From an uncultured bacterium (GTDB lineage: Bacteria; Babelota; Babeliae; Babelales; Babelaceae): a DNA stretch of 64,000 nucleotides. This document shows, one piece after another, positions 19,994 to 29,171 of this stretch. The notes under the pieces are model-generated. The model was given only the letters and a program-made list of their open reading frames with translations. It was not told the DNA's origin and did no database searches. Within the stretch, counting starts at the first letter, position 1. Every line of letters begins with the position of its first letter. The position numbers were made by a program, and so were the translations under genes. Where the stretch lies: positions 384,001-448,000 of the forward strand of contig OY970209.1 of assembly GCA_963713855.1 (NCBI GenBank), given 5' to 3'.

Positions 19994-21781
19994 ATGAAGT
20001 TTTTTGAACGCACCTCCTATTGCGGGGAAGTTACGAGTAAGCACGTTGACACAGTTGTTACCTTAGCAGGGTGGGTGGATGCCCGGCGTGATCACGGAGG
20101 CCTTATCTTTATTGATTTACGTGATCGAAGTGGTGTTGTGCAGCTTGTTTTTGACAAAGATACGTCCCAAGAAGCTTTCACCTTAGCTCACACACTAAGG
20201 CCCGAATACGTTCTAGCTATAAAGGGAAAAGTAGTCTACCGAAAAGCGGGCACTATTAACGAAGAGCTTGCTACCGGAGGATTTGAGGTACGTGTTTTTG
20301 AGGTTGAAGTTCTTAATAAAGCTAAGCTCTTACCATTTTCGCTTAGCGAGGGTGATGCTGTCGACGAAGAGCTACGCCTAAAATACCGCTATCTCGATTT
20401 GAGGCGTCCTCTTATGACAGCACGCATGGCCGCGCGTCATGCGTTCATTTTTGCACTCCGGGAGTTTTTAGATACTAGAGGGTTTTACGAAATAGAAACT
20501 CCAATTTTGACAAAAAACACGGCCGAAGGTGCGCGTGAATTTTTAGTGCCTTCACGTATACATCAAGGATCCTTTTACGCTCTGCCTCAGTCGCCCCAGC
20601 TTTATAAACAGATTCTTATGGCAGGTGGTTTGGAGCGCTACTTTCAGATCGCACACTGCTTTAGAGATGAGGACTTACGAGCTGATCGCCAACCTGAATT
20701 TACGCAGCTTGATATGGAGATGTCCTTCGTTAAGGAAGGCGACATTCAAAAGCTTATCGAAGAACTTTTACAGTACGTGCTTAAAAAGAATTTTGGGTTT
20801 GATCTGCAGTTGCCTTTGCCGCGAATGACGTATGATGATGCGTTTGCACTCTTTGGGAGCGATAAGCCGGATGTCCGTTTTGGAATTCCTATACATGAAA
20901 TAACTGACCTTTTTCTGGAAACGCCGCTCGGGTTTTTAAGAGCTGTTATCGATAAAGGGGGCAAAATCGGTGCGTTACGCGTTACCGATTACTCGTTTAC
21001 CCGCTCAGAGCTAGAATCTTGGGTCGAAAAGTCAAAGAAAAACGGTGCCCAAGGTATGGTTTGGCTAAGAATCAATGAGCACGGAGAGATCGAATCTCCA
21101 ATTGCCAAATTTTTACCAGCGACATTTAAGGATGACCTTAAAAAATCATTTACTGATCTTGTTCCCGGTACTACTTTTTTTATTATTGCGGGGCCCTACA
21201 AAGAAGCATGGACTCAGTTGGGTAGGTTACGTGTGCAGCTTGGTTGTGAGCTTAATCTTATACCTACAAATTGCTTTTCTTGGCTCTGGATAACTGATTT
21301 TCCTCTTTTAGACTGGGACAAAGAAGGCCGTCGGTGGGTTGCTGCGCACCATCCATTCACTCAGCCTCAAGAGGGCTGGGAAGGAAAAGATCCAGGCGCT
21401 ATAAAAGCCCGCGCTTACGATCTTGTGTTGAATGGTGTTGAAGTGGGTGGCGGCTCAATTCGTATACACACACCCGAAATGCAACGCAAAGTTTTTGAGT
21501 TTTTAGGATTTGATGAAACTGCTCTTAAAAGTCATTTCGGGTTTCTTTTTGAAGCGCTTGAGTTAGGCTTTCCGCCCCATGGTGGCATAGCTCTTGGCAT
21601 TGATAGAGTCTTAATGCTCCTTCTAGGGTGTGCTTCAATACGTGACGTAATAGCTTTTCCAAAGACTCAAAGCGGGCACGATCCACTTATGGACTGCCCA
21701 ACACCAGTATCTAGTGCAAAATTAAAAGACTATGGATTGATGCAAGTTCCGGGTAAAAAAGGCCCAACGCCTGAAAAATAA
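19994..21781 (+). CDS. aspS: Aspartate--tRNA ligase (likely non-discriminating)
   Basis: RRDHGG, LKYRYLDLRR, LPQSPQLYKQ, FRDEDLRADRQPEFTQ, PPHGGIALGIDR. Confidence 0.97.
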   Translation: MKFFERTSYCGEVTSKHVDTVVTLAGWVDARRDHGGLIFIDLRDRSGVVQLVFDKDTSQEAFTLAHTLRPEYVLAIKGKVVYRKAGTINEELATGGFEVRVFEVEVLNKAKLLPFSLSEGDAVDEELRLKYRYLDLRRPLMTARMAARHAFIFALREFLDTRGFYEIETPILTKNTAEGAREFLVPSRIHQGSFYALPQSPQLYKQILMAGGLERYFQIAHCFRDEDLRADRQPEFTQLDMEMSFVKEGDIQKLIEELLQYVLKKNFGFDLQLPLPRMTYDDAFALFGSDKPDVRFGIPIHEITDLFLETPLGFLRAVIDKGGKIGALRVTDYSFTRSELESWVEKSKKNGAQGMVWLRINEHGEIESPIAKFLPATFKDDLKKSFTDLVPGTTFFIIAGPYKEAWTQLGRLRVQLGCELNLIPTNCFSWLWITDFPLLDWDKEGRRWVAAHHPFTQPQEGWEGKDPGAIKARAYDLVLNGVEVGGGSIRIHTPEMQRKVFEFLGFDETALKSHFGFLFEALELGFPPHGGIALGIDRVLMLLLGCASIRDVIAFPKTQSGHDPLMDCPTPVSSAKLKDYGLMQVPGKKGPTPEK

Positions 21782-21788
21782 CTCGGTT

Positions 21789-22067
21789 CAGTTCCCGAAT
21801 AAGAACGAGGGAAGCGTAAGCCTACGCGGCTGGCGGCAGGACATTGTCCTGCACCTGTTGCTTGTTTTGGTTCTTACATACTTATTGTGTATGAGATAGA
21901 CCGGTAAACCCGGTCTATCTCATTAGCACATATACCAGAAAGGGAACCCCTTTCTGGTATATCAAATCTACGTAAAAAGTTTAAGAAGGGTGTGGGTCAA
22001 TGGGTCATAAAGCCTGGGTCAAGGGCGAATGCCCTTGCGCTCGCCGCGTAGGCGCCTATTTCTCTTT
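21789..22067 (+). repeat. Structured palindromic repeat, copy 1 (core 21820-22053)
   Basis: Inverted ends GCCTACGCGGC/GCCGCGTAGGC, four internal hairpins; homologous to 34053-34306 and 46957-47294. Confidence 0.95.
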
Positions 22068-22089
22068 GGCTTAAGTTTAGGTAGCTTGT

Positions 22090-22815
22090 TTATTTTCTTC
22101 TTTCTAAGAGCGATCTGAGCATCCAAGCCATCTTTTCATGATCTACTAAGATTTCTTGTAAAAAGTTACTTGTTCCCATGTCGCGTCTTTTTTCTTCTGT
22201 GGTATTAATGCCTTGACGAATATGGCGTATAAGGACCTCCTGGTTGACGAGAAGATTATATACCATATCTTTTGGTGCAGGAATTGGCCCCATATCCTCT
22301 TTAATGTAACTGTGTTGGAGAAATTCGGTCATGGTGCCAAGCGCAACGCCGCCAACAGCGCGAACGCGCTCTGCAATGGCATCGACAAACTTTAATCCCT
22401 TTTCATAAAGATCTTGAAAAAGAATGTGGTAATCATGAAACTCTGGTCCAACAAGATTCCAATGGTATCCCCATTCTTGCAACGTTAAGGTAAATTCTGT
22501 AGCAAGAATTTTATTCAAAATATCTACAGATGCAGAAAGATCCTCTTTGGAAATGCCTATTTCAGGTTGTATCGTAGCCGTGATGCCATCTTGTTTTTTC
22601 ATAACGCTCCTTTGCTGCGGGATAAATAGTGCCTCGGGTTGACTGAATGTTTCAGGAGAAGGAGATCTGACAAAACGATGGTCTACCGAGTCCGGAATTG
22701 CCATACGTGTAACACCTTCATCGCTCCGTTGAGCAAGAAGTACAGAAATTATTCCTATTAAACCCACACTTCCTACGCAAAGTAGGACGCATAAGAATAT
22801 CTTGGGCTTTTGCAC
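22090..22815 (-). CDS. dps: Dps-family protein with N-terminal hydrophobic extension
   Basis: HWNLVGPEFHDYHILF and DAIAER ferroxidase motifs, EKMAWML; GTG start at 22815 after GGGAGAG. Confidence 0.85.
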   Translation of the reverse strand: MQKPKIFLCVLLCVGSVGLIGIISVLLAQRSDEGVTRMAIPDSVDHRFVRSPSPETFSQPEALFIPQQRSVMKKQDGITATIQPEIGISKEDLSASVDILNKILATEFTLTLQEWGYHWNLVGPEFHDYHILFQDLYEKGLKFVDAIAERVRAVGGVALGTMTEFLQHSYIKEDMGPIPAPKDMVYNLLVNQEVLIRHIRQGINTTEEKRRDMGTSNFLQEILVDHEKMAWMLRSLLERRK

Positions 22816-22882
22816 TACCGCTCTCCCTTTATGAGTGCTAAAAGAGAGTATAATCATAAGAATCGTCTTCTGTAAAGTCGCC

Positions 22883-23383
22883 TTAAAAGAATGCTTCTGT
22901 TACCCGCGTTATTGCTTGTCGTAATTCCTTTATATGTTCTCTTAATCGCCTCGTTACCTTATGCCAAAACGTTTCGCGATGAACAACAAGTAAGCGCTGT
23001 CGATCGGTCGCGGTAAGATCGGGCCACAGATCCACCTCTTTATTGTTAAGTATGAAGGCAACTTCTTGTTCGAGTTTTCCTACCGGATTTGGAAGCATCG
23101 ATGCTTTAATAACGTCGACCACCTGGGCTATTGCAACATCGAGTTTTTGTGGTGTAGCTAATTGTTGTATTAACGATGCATGGGTGGTGGAAAATGTATC
23201 TTTGAGTTGCTGAGCTTTGTCGTAGTAGGCATCAAAATCATTTATAAAAGAAACATTACCAAGATACTTAGCGCTGTAGTCCTCTGCAGAATACCTGAGT
23301 ATGCGATGTATCGATTTTAATAGTGCATCAAAAGCTTCATCAAATGAACGCGTTATTTTAAGTGAAGTGTATTTTTTTTGCAT
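22883..23383 (-). CDS. Hypothetical; possible frameshifted C-terminal part of the subtilase
   Basis: Overlaps the subtilase 3' end by 31 bp across an A8 run. Confidence 0.5.
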   Translation of the reverse strand: MQKKYTSLKITRSFDEAFDALLKSIHRILRYSAEDYSAKYLGNVSFINDFDAYYDKAQQLKDTFSTTHASLIQQLATPQKLDVAIAQVVDVIKASMLPNPVGKLEQEVAFILNNKEVDLWPDLTATDRQRLLVVHRETFWHKVTRRLREHIKELRQAITRVTEAFF

Positions 23384-25212
23384 TCGGTGAGTACATGCAA
23401 TACAAATAATGCCGTACGCATGTCAAGTGCTCCCAGAACGACCTTTTTCTTCCAGTCATTATTATCTTTAAGCTTTAATGTTGACGTATAGCAGACTCTT
23501 GTAAGCTGATCCCGCGTGAAAATGGCCTTAAATTCCCCGAGCATGAGTGCTAAAAATGCCGAGATCATAGGTGCTGCCATTGAGGTTCCAGACATGATGC
23601 CATAGGCTGAGTTTTCGTCCTGTTGTGGAACGATCGTAGTGCTTAGAATATCAACACCCGGTGCTACAAAGCGTGGTCCATGATCGATGCTATATTGAGA
23701 AAAAGGTGCAATAGCGCCTTCAGCATCGAATGCACCCACGTCAAAATGTATACAGTTGAGTGATGCGGGAAAACCCTCAGTCTTTATACCCCTGTTTCCT
23801 GTCGAGATGACAACATAAGGAATAAGCTGGTAGGTACGGCATAGTAAATGACCCGTAGCCTTTTTTTGAAAATAAGGTAGTTCCTCAAAATTGTCGTAGC
23901 TGATACTCAGATTTACGATGTCCGCATCCTGTTCGATGGCTTTTCTAAAAGCGCTTAAAATGTGGGAAGAAAGGGACTTTCCTTCTTTGTCATTGCGCAT
24001 CGCTTTAAACATCATAGTTTCTGATTGTGGGGCTATTCCTTTTAAAAGCGGCAGGTCTTTGGATGGATGAGCGGCAACGATGCCAAAAACATGGCTCCCG
24101 TGGCCATAGCTATTGCCTATTTTTTCAGCAGGTAAAAATTGGAGAATGATATTTTTTTCGGGTGGTGTTTCAAGATTTTCAATGGTAAAGCGAGGGGGAG
24201 ACATTGCTTTCTGGATTTGAGCTAAAGCTTTTGTGCCCTCCTCAGTAAGACCCGAATGATTCGACAAGCTTGTATTTCCATGTTTTAGAAGATAGTGTAT
24301 GATACGGTCGCTTTTTTTTTCTATAAGATAGTCTCGTATCCATTGTGGTACGATGAGTTCGACTTTTTTCTCGTCAAAATTCTCTTTTCTTGTAAATTGC
24401 TCAATGAGGTTTACCAGTTGATGGAGAGGGTCATTTCCTTCGAAGCTCACGACGTTGTAATTTTCATTGGTAAAATCTCTCTTCATGGAAAGGTTTTCAT
24501 TTTTCCGATAAGCGTCATCGCCTTCAACGGCAAAGGCGGCGACTCCGGTATCAATGATTGCAATTTTTATCCCACTTCCTTTGTGGGGAGCCAATTCGTA
24601 AAGGCTGAAAAAATGGGGGATGTAAGGGTATGAAGGCCCATCGACAATGATGCCTACCGTAGGAGTTTTGTAGTGCCAGTACAGTGTTTTACTGAGGGAG
24701 TGAAGTCTATCAATATCCTTTTTTATGTTTTGAAATTCCACTGCTTTTTCAGGAAACTTTTTAAGTTCTGAAAGCTTTTCGATGCGCTTTTTTATAAGCG
24801 AGCCATCTTCAAGGCCTTTAAGCGCGCTAAGATTAAAAAAATAATTAGCATGTTCAAAACCGTGAGCCGTTACAGCCATATCTTGGATGACGTCCACCGG
24901 TAAAGCCTGCTTTTTAAATAAAGTTTCAAGTCTTTGTATAACCTGTTTTTGGGGAATTTTTCCGGGTACACTAATGGTAAAAATGCCGAGTGCACGATCT
25001 TTTTGTACAAACACCGCCTTAAACGTGGAATTTTTTTTTGAAAGTTCGTGATTAAATTGCCTAACTACGGCTTCTACTGTTTCATTCCATTGTGTGTGTT
25101 GGTCCGCTGAGGTCGGTTCACGGTTAAAAGCGACGATGAAGCGATTATCATTTTGCGCGTAAGCTGAAATACCAAGATATGCTAATGCTAGAAAAAGGTA
25201 TAAGAATCTCAT
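23353..25212 (-). CDS. Exported S8 (subtilisin-like) serine peptidase
   Basis: Signal peptide; triad motifs IAIIDTG, HGSHVFGIV, SGTSMAAP. Confidence 0.9.
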   Translation of the reverse strand: MRFLYLFLALAYLGISAYAQNDNRFIVAFNREPTSADQHTQWNETVEAVVRQFNHELSKKNSTFKAVFVQKDRALGIFTISVPGKIPQKQVIQRLETLFKKQALPVDVIQDMAVTAHGFEHANYFFNLSALKGLEDGSLIKKRIEKLSELKKFPEKAVEFQNIKKDIDRLHSLSKTLYWHYKTPTVGIIVDGPSYPYIPHFFSLYELAPHKGSGIKIAIIDTGVAAFAVEGDDAYRKNENLSMKRDFTNENYNVVSFEGNDPLHQLVNLIEQFTRKENFDEKKVELIVPQWIRDYLIEKKSDRIIHYLLKHGNTSLSNHSGLTEEGTKALAQIQKAMSPPRFTIENLETPPEKNIILQFLPAEKIGNSYGHGSHVFGIVAAHPSKDLPLLKGIAPQSETMMFKAMRNDKEGKSLSSHILSAFRKAIEQDADIVNLSISYDNFEELPYFQKKATGHLLCRTYQLIPYVVISTGNRGIKTEGFPASLNCIHFDVGAFDAEGAIAPFSQYSIDHGPRFVAPGVDILSTTIVPQQDENSAYGIMSGTSMAAPMISAFLALMLGEFKAIFTRDQLTRVCYTSTLKLKDNNDWKKKVVLGALDMRTALFVLHVLTECKKNTLHLK

Positions 25213-25265
25213 CGGTACTCACTTTTTACCTTGATGATACGAAGCAAGGTAGGTAAAAAGCAAGA

Positions 25266-26219
25266 TCAGATTCCCTCTTTGTTGAGGAGCTCATTTACTT
25301 TTTTTTCGGGTGCTCCCTCTAATCGCTTTTGTTTTTCTATGTCACCAAGATAAATTTCGGTTGTTGCTGGATTTGTGTGGCGCATCGCAAGCTGTACCTC
25401 ATGAAGTGATGCTCCAGCCTTGATAGAAAGAACTCCGAATGTGTGCCGAAGACTGTGAGCGGTAAGGCGTCTCGTGTTGAGTCCCGCCTTTCGCAGGTAT
25501 CCTTTTATTAAACGTGAGAGCGAATAGGTCGTTAGCCTTCTTCCGCGATTTCTATCGCTTACTGATGCAAAAAGCGGTTCTTGTATTGACTGCATGTTAC
25601 GCATACGTATATAGTCGCGTATCGGTTTTAACGCATCTTCCGCTAGAACTACGCACTCATCTTTTCCATCACGGCCTTTGCCACGTACCCAAAGCATTGC
25701 TTCTTGGCCATGAAGGTCAAGATCTTTGTAATCTGCGCGGACAATTTCAATAAGCCGCAACCCTGTGCGCACCAAAAGATTAATAAGCGCAAAATCTCTT
25801 TTTCCCTGTAGGCTTTGCCGCTCTATACCCTGTAAGACATTTTTAAGCTGCTCTATACTCAGAGGATCTTTCTGGTGATGCTTAAGCGAACGCCGCGCTC
25901 CTTTAACTCCTTTTGCGATATTGGGGTAGAGTTTTAAGCTTTCGGTCCACTCAAAGAATTTTCTGACAGCTACTAAATATAACGCTCGAGTTGGCGGCCT
26001 TAGTCCTTTAAGATCGAGCATTTCTTTATAGAGTAAAATAGTTTCACGTGTTGGCTCTCCATTTTTTTGAGCGGCAAACCAATCGAGAAATTGCTTTAAA
26101 GCATTGCGGTAGGTTGTCTTTGAGCTGCGTGTTATGTCTTGTGTTGCAATAAATTGTTCAAGTGCCTGGCTAAATCGCGTATTTGCTACGCTAAGACTAT
26201 TTTTTTCTTTACTAACCAT
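25266..26219 (-). CDS. Tyrosine recombinase/integrase (Xer-like)
   Basis: TGLR, GKG, HSLRH, RH and TTEIY catalytic residues intact. Confidence 0.92.
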   Translation of the reverse strand: MVSKEKNSLSVANTRFSQALEQFIATQDITRSSKTTYRNALKQFLDWFAAQKNGEPTRETILLYKEMLDLKGLRPPTRALYLVAVRKFFEWTESLKLYPNIAKGVKGARRSLKHHQKDPLSIEQLKNVLQGIERQSLQGKRDFALINLLVRTGLRLIEIVRADYKDLDLHGQEAMLWVRGKGRDGKDECVVLAEDALKPIRDYIRMRNMQSIQEPLFASVSDRNRGRRLTTYSLSRLIKGYLRKAGLNTRRLTAHSLRHTFGVLSIKAGASLHEVQLAMRHTNPATTEIYLGDIEKQKRLEGAPEKKVNELLNKEGI

Positions 26220-26298
26220 AGATGTACTAGTCCCCGATTTTGTGCTATTTAGTATGCATAATGTATGGTTCTTTAGTCAAATGGTATGTGAGATGATT

Positions 26299-27513
26299 AT
26301 GACCGCAAAAAGAAGCTTTTTGAGCTTGTTAATCTTAACGTGTGGATTAATAGGCCATTCTTATAGTAGTGCTGGAGCGGTAGTACTCGAGGATTTGGAG
26401 CTACACGAGTCAATTGGCGCAAATGATTTTGATGGAGTATTAAAAGCTTTAAATGATCATGCTGATCCCAATGCGCGTTATCGTTTTAGCAAAGAACAAG
26501 GTAGGCCTTTAACGCCTTTGCAGCGAGCAGCAGAGGTGGCTGATCCGAGAATAATTCGTTTACTTCTTGAGCGTGGTGCCCACCTCTATCCAAATGGAGA
26601 TTCACCTTTACGTTTAGCAGTAGTAGCAGGTCGTATTGATGCTGCGCGAGTTATGCTGGAATTTGGTGCAAATCCTAACTTTGATAGACCACAACAGCTC
26701 ACATATGTTGCTGCACAATCTCACAATCATGAATTTCTTAGGCTTCTTATGGAGTATAGTGAAGACGTCACTTTGACCGAAGAGCCTTTAGAGTCAGAGC
26801 AACCATATGAACATCTTCTTATCATGTCCGCCCGTCAATCAAGTGAAATTCTTGAACGATTTATTCAGGAACATGCTCTTGGAGCACCCCATTATCAGGC
26901 AGCATTGAGCTGCTTAACGGTAAGGGGCACCATAGACAATTTTAAGTTTCTGTATGCAGCATTGCTCATGTTGACCGAAACAGACGCCCCCTTTTTGCAA
27001 GAGCTTTTTTTAAGAGCGGCTCGCTGTGGCAATTGTCCTGTCATCCAATTTTTGTCGGATCTAAGAGATGTTGTATTTCTTCAAGAGACGCTCGATAGAG
27101 CCTTGGCTGCTGCTTCTGCTCAAGGCCACCACCCAGTTGTAGAGTTTCTTATAACAGGAAGATTCTTGGATGCAATAAACATAGAAAATGCTATAGATGT
27201 GCTTCAGCCAAGAACCATAGATGCTGATCAAGGTGTGGAAATAACTCATATAAACGAACTTAACGATGATCAACAGAAATGTTTGGTCTTACTTTTGCGT
27301 GCTCTTGAATCCCAAAGGTTGCAAAGACAAAATCTCATTGCTCAAACATTACGAGTTGCAAGAAGTGAATTTGTAAGGGCGGAATTAACGCAGATTGGAG
27401 TGCTTGAGTTACCGGAAGAGATCGCTGGCCGCATCGCCCGCATCGCTCACCCCGTACAAGGCCGTTTTCCTTCTTTCATTTTAATGTCAACAACTAACTC
27501 AAATATTTTTTAA
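26299..27513 (+). CDS. Exported ankyrin-repeat protein
   Basis: Signal-peptide-like start at ATG 26299 (MTAKRSFLSLLIL); TPLQRAA and SPLRLAV ankyrin repeats; GANPN. Confidence 0.8.
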   Translation: MTAKRSFLSLLILTCGLIGHSYSSAGAVVLEDLELHESIGANDFDGVLKALNDHADPNARYRFSKEQGRPLTPLQRAAEVADPRIIRLLLERGAHLYPNGDSPLRLAVVAGRIDAARVMLEFGANPNFDRPQQLTYVAAQSHNHEFLRLLMEYSEDVTLTEEPLESEQPYEHLLIMSARQSSEILERFIQEHALGAPHYQAALSCLTVRGTIDNFKFLYAALLMLTETDAPFLQELFLRAARCGNCPVIQFLSDLRDVVFLQETLDRALAAASAQGHHPVVEFLITGRFLDAINIENAIDVLQPRTIDADQGVEITHINELNDDQQKCLVLLLRALESQRLQRQNLIAQTLRVARSEFVRAELTQIGVLELPEEIAGRIARIAHPVQGRFPSFILMSTTNSNIF

Positions 27514-28936
27514 TAAGCTCATTAATAATTTGAGGGTTTCCCTTGCCTTGGGTCTTTTTCATAGCTTGGCCGACGAAAAAACCGAATAATTTATCTTTTC
27601 CAGACCTATACTCTTTAACGTTTTCCGGATTAGCTTCAATAATTTCTTTAATGATTTTTTCAAGTTCCTCGGTAGAACCGACCTGTTCAAGACCTTTTTC
27701 TTTTACGATGTCTTGCGGACCTTTACCCGTTTTTGCCATTTCTATAAAAACATCCTGCGCGACGCGGGCGTTGATAGTACCTTGATCAATAAGTGACACA
27801 AGTTCTGCGAGAAGTTTTGGTGTTATTAGGAGATCACTAAGCTCCGCTTTTAAGTCTTTAGAAAGCTTAAGAAGATCTCTTAAAACCCAATTAATGAGAT
27901 GCTTACTTTTTGTAAATATAGCTGCTTTTTCGTAATAATCAGCGATTGGCTTATCATAGACGAGGATGTCAGCTTCGTAAGAAGTAAGTCCATAATCCGC
28001 ACAAAGCCGTTCAAATTTTGCATCTGGTAACTCAGGAAGCTCTGAAAGCGCTTTATCAATTTGATCGGTGCTCATTACTATATAAGAAAGGTCCGGATCT
28101 GGAAAATAACGATAATCAGGGGCTTCCTCTTTACTGCGAAGTGGAAACGTTTTTTGTTCCTTGGTACTCCATGAGCGGGTTTCTTGGTTAACTTTTTGAC
28201 CGCTTTCAAGAATATCTATCTGCCGTTCAACCTCGTACTCGATAGCATCGCTAATAAACTTAAAGGAGTTAATGTTTTTAAGTTCACAACGTGTCCCAAG
28301 CTCTTTTTGCCCTTTTTTTCGCACCGAAACATTAGTATCAGCTCTAAAGGCGCCTTCTTCCATGTTTCCAGTCGAGACGTCAAGATACATAACAAGCGCG
28401 CGAAGTGCCTTTAAATATGCTCGTGCTTCCGAGGAGCTTTTAATATCAGGATAGCTTACGATTTCTAAAAGTGGCGTACCGGCTCGATTAAGGTCTACAA
28501 AGCTTTCGTTACTTTGCGGTGCGTGAATATTTTTGCCAGCGTCTTCTTCGATATGGATACGTATAAGGCGTATATTTTTTTTGCTCCCATCCTCCAAGCG
28601 TATAGGTACATATCCTTCTGAGCAAAATGGTTTATCGCTTTGGGTAATTTGGTAGTTCTTAGGAAGATCTGGGTAAAAGTAATGCTTTCGAGCAAAAACG
28701 CTTTGGAGCGCTACCTTTGAATGAGTGGCAAGAGCTGTTTTTAACGCGGATACAACAACAGCTCCATTGAGTATGGGCAATACCCCTGGGTGACCGGCGC
28801 ATATTGGACACAATTGGCTATTAGGCTCCTCGCATGAGCCATTCGAAGAAGTACAAAAAATTTTACTCTTCGTTTTTAGTTGTACATGGACCTCAATACC
28901 GATATCCATTTCATAGTCTTGTGTTTTTAGCATCAT
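27494..28936 (-). CDS. gatB: Asp/Glu-tRNA amidotransferase subunit B
   Basis: IGIEVHVQL, RKHYFYPDLPKNYQITQ, DLNRAGTPLLEIVS, YRYFPDPDL. Confidence 0.97.
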   Translation of the reverse strand: MMLKTQDYEMDIGIEVHVQLKTKSKIFCTSSNGSCEEPNSQLCPICAGHPGVLPILNGAVVVSALKTALATHSKVALQSVFARKHYFYPDLPKNYQITQSDKPFCSEGYVPIRLEDGSKKNIRLIRIHIEEDAGKNIHAPQSNESFVDLNRAGTPLLEIVSYPDIKSSSEARAYLKALRALVMYLDVSTGNMEEGAFRADTNVSVRKKGQKELGTRCELKNINSFKFISDAIEYEVERQIDILESGQKVNQETRSWSTKEQKTFPLRSKEEAPDYRYFPDPDLSYIVMSTDQIDKALSELPELPDAKFERLCADYGLTSYEADILVYDKPIADYYEKAAIFTKSKHLINWVLRDLLKLSKDLKAELSDLLITPKLLAELVSLIDQGTINARVAQDVFIEMAKTGKGPQDIVKEKGLEQVGSTEELEKIIKEIIEANPENVKEYRSGKDKLFGFFVGQAMKKTQGKGNPQIINELIKKYLS

Positions 28937-29171
28937 GCCCTACTTACACTTGAAGATACAAAGTACCTTTCAAGCATACAAAAACATACGTATTTTGACA
29001 ATCTGATGGTTTACTCCCATTTCCTTTTTTTACATAAAAAGCTTTTAAGTGCGGGCTTATTTTTTAAGGAACTATAATACCCTTGTTTAATTCTGTTTGG
29101 TAATTGTATTCTAGCTTCGTATCTTATAGACAAAGGTATGAAAGAGGGGAAATTTTAAGGGGCATATATTC

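Noticed and set aside
25266..27513. Prophage or integrative island around the recombinase
   Set aside because: No phage or conjugation genes, no flanking direct repeats seen, and no adjacent tRNA
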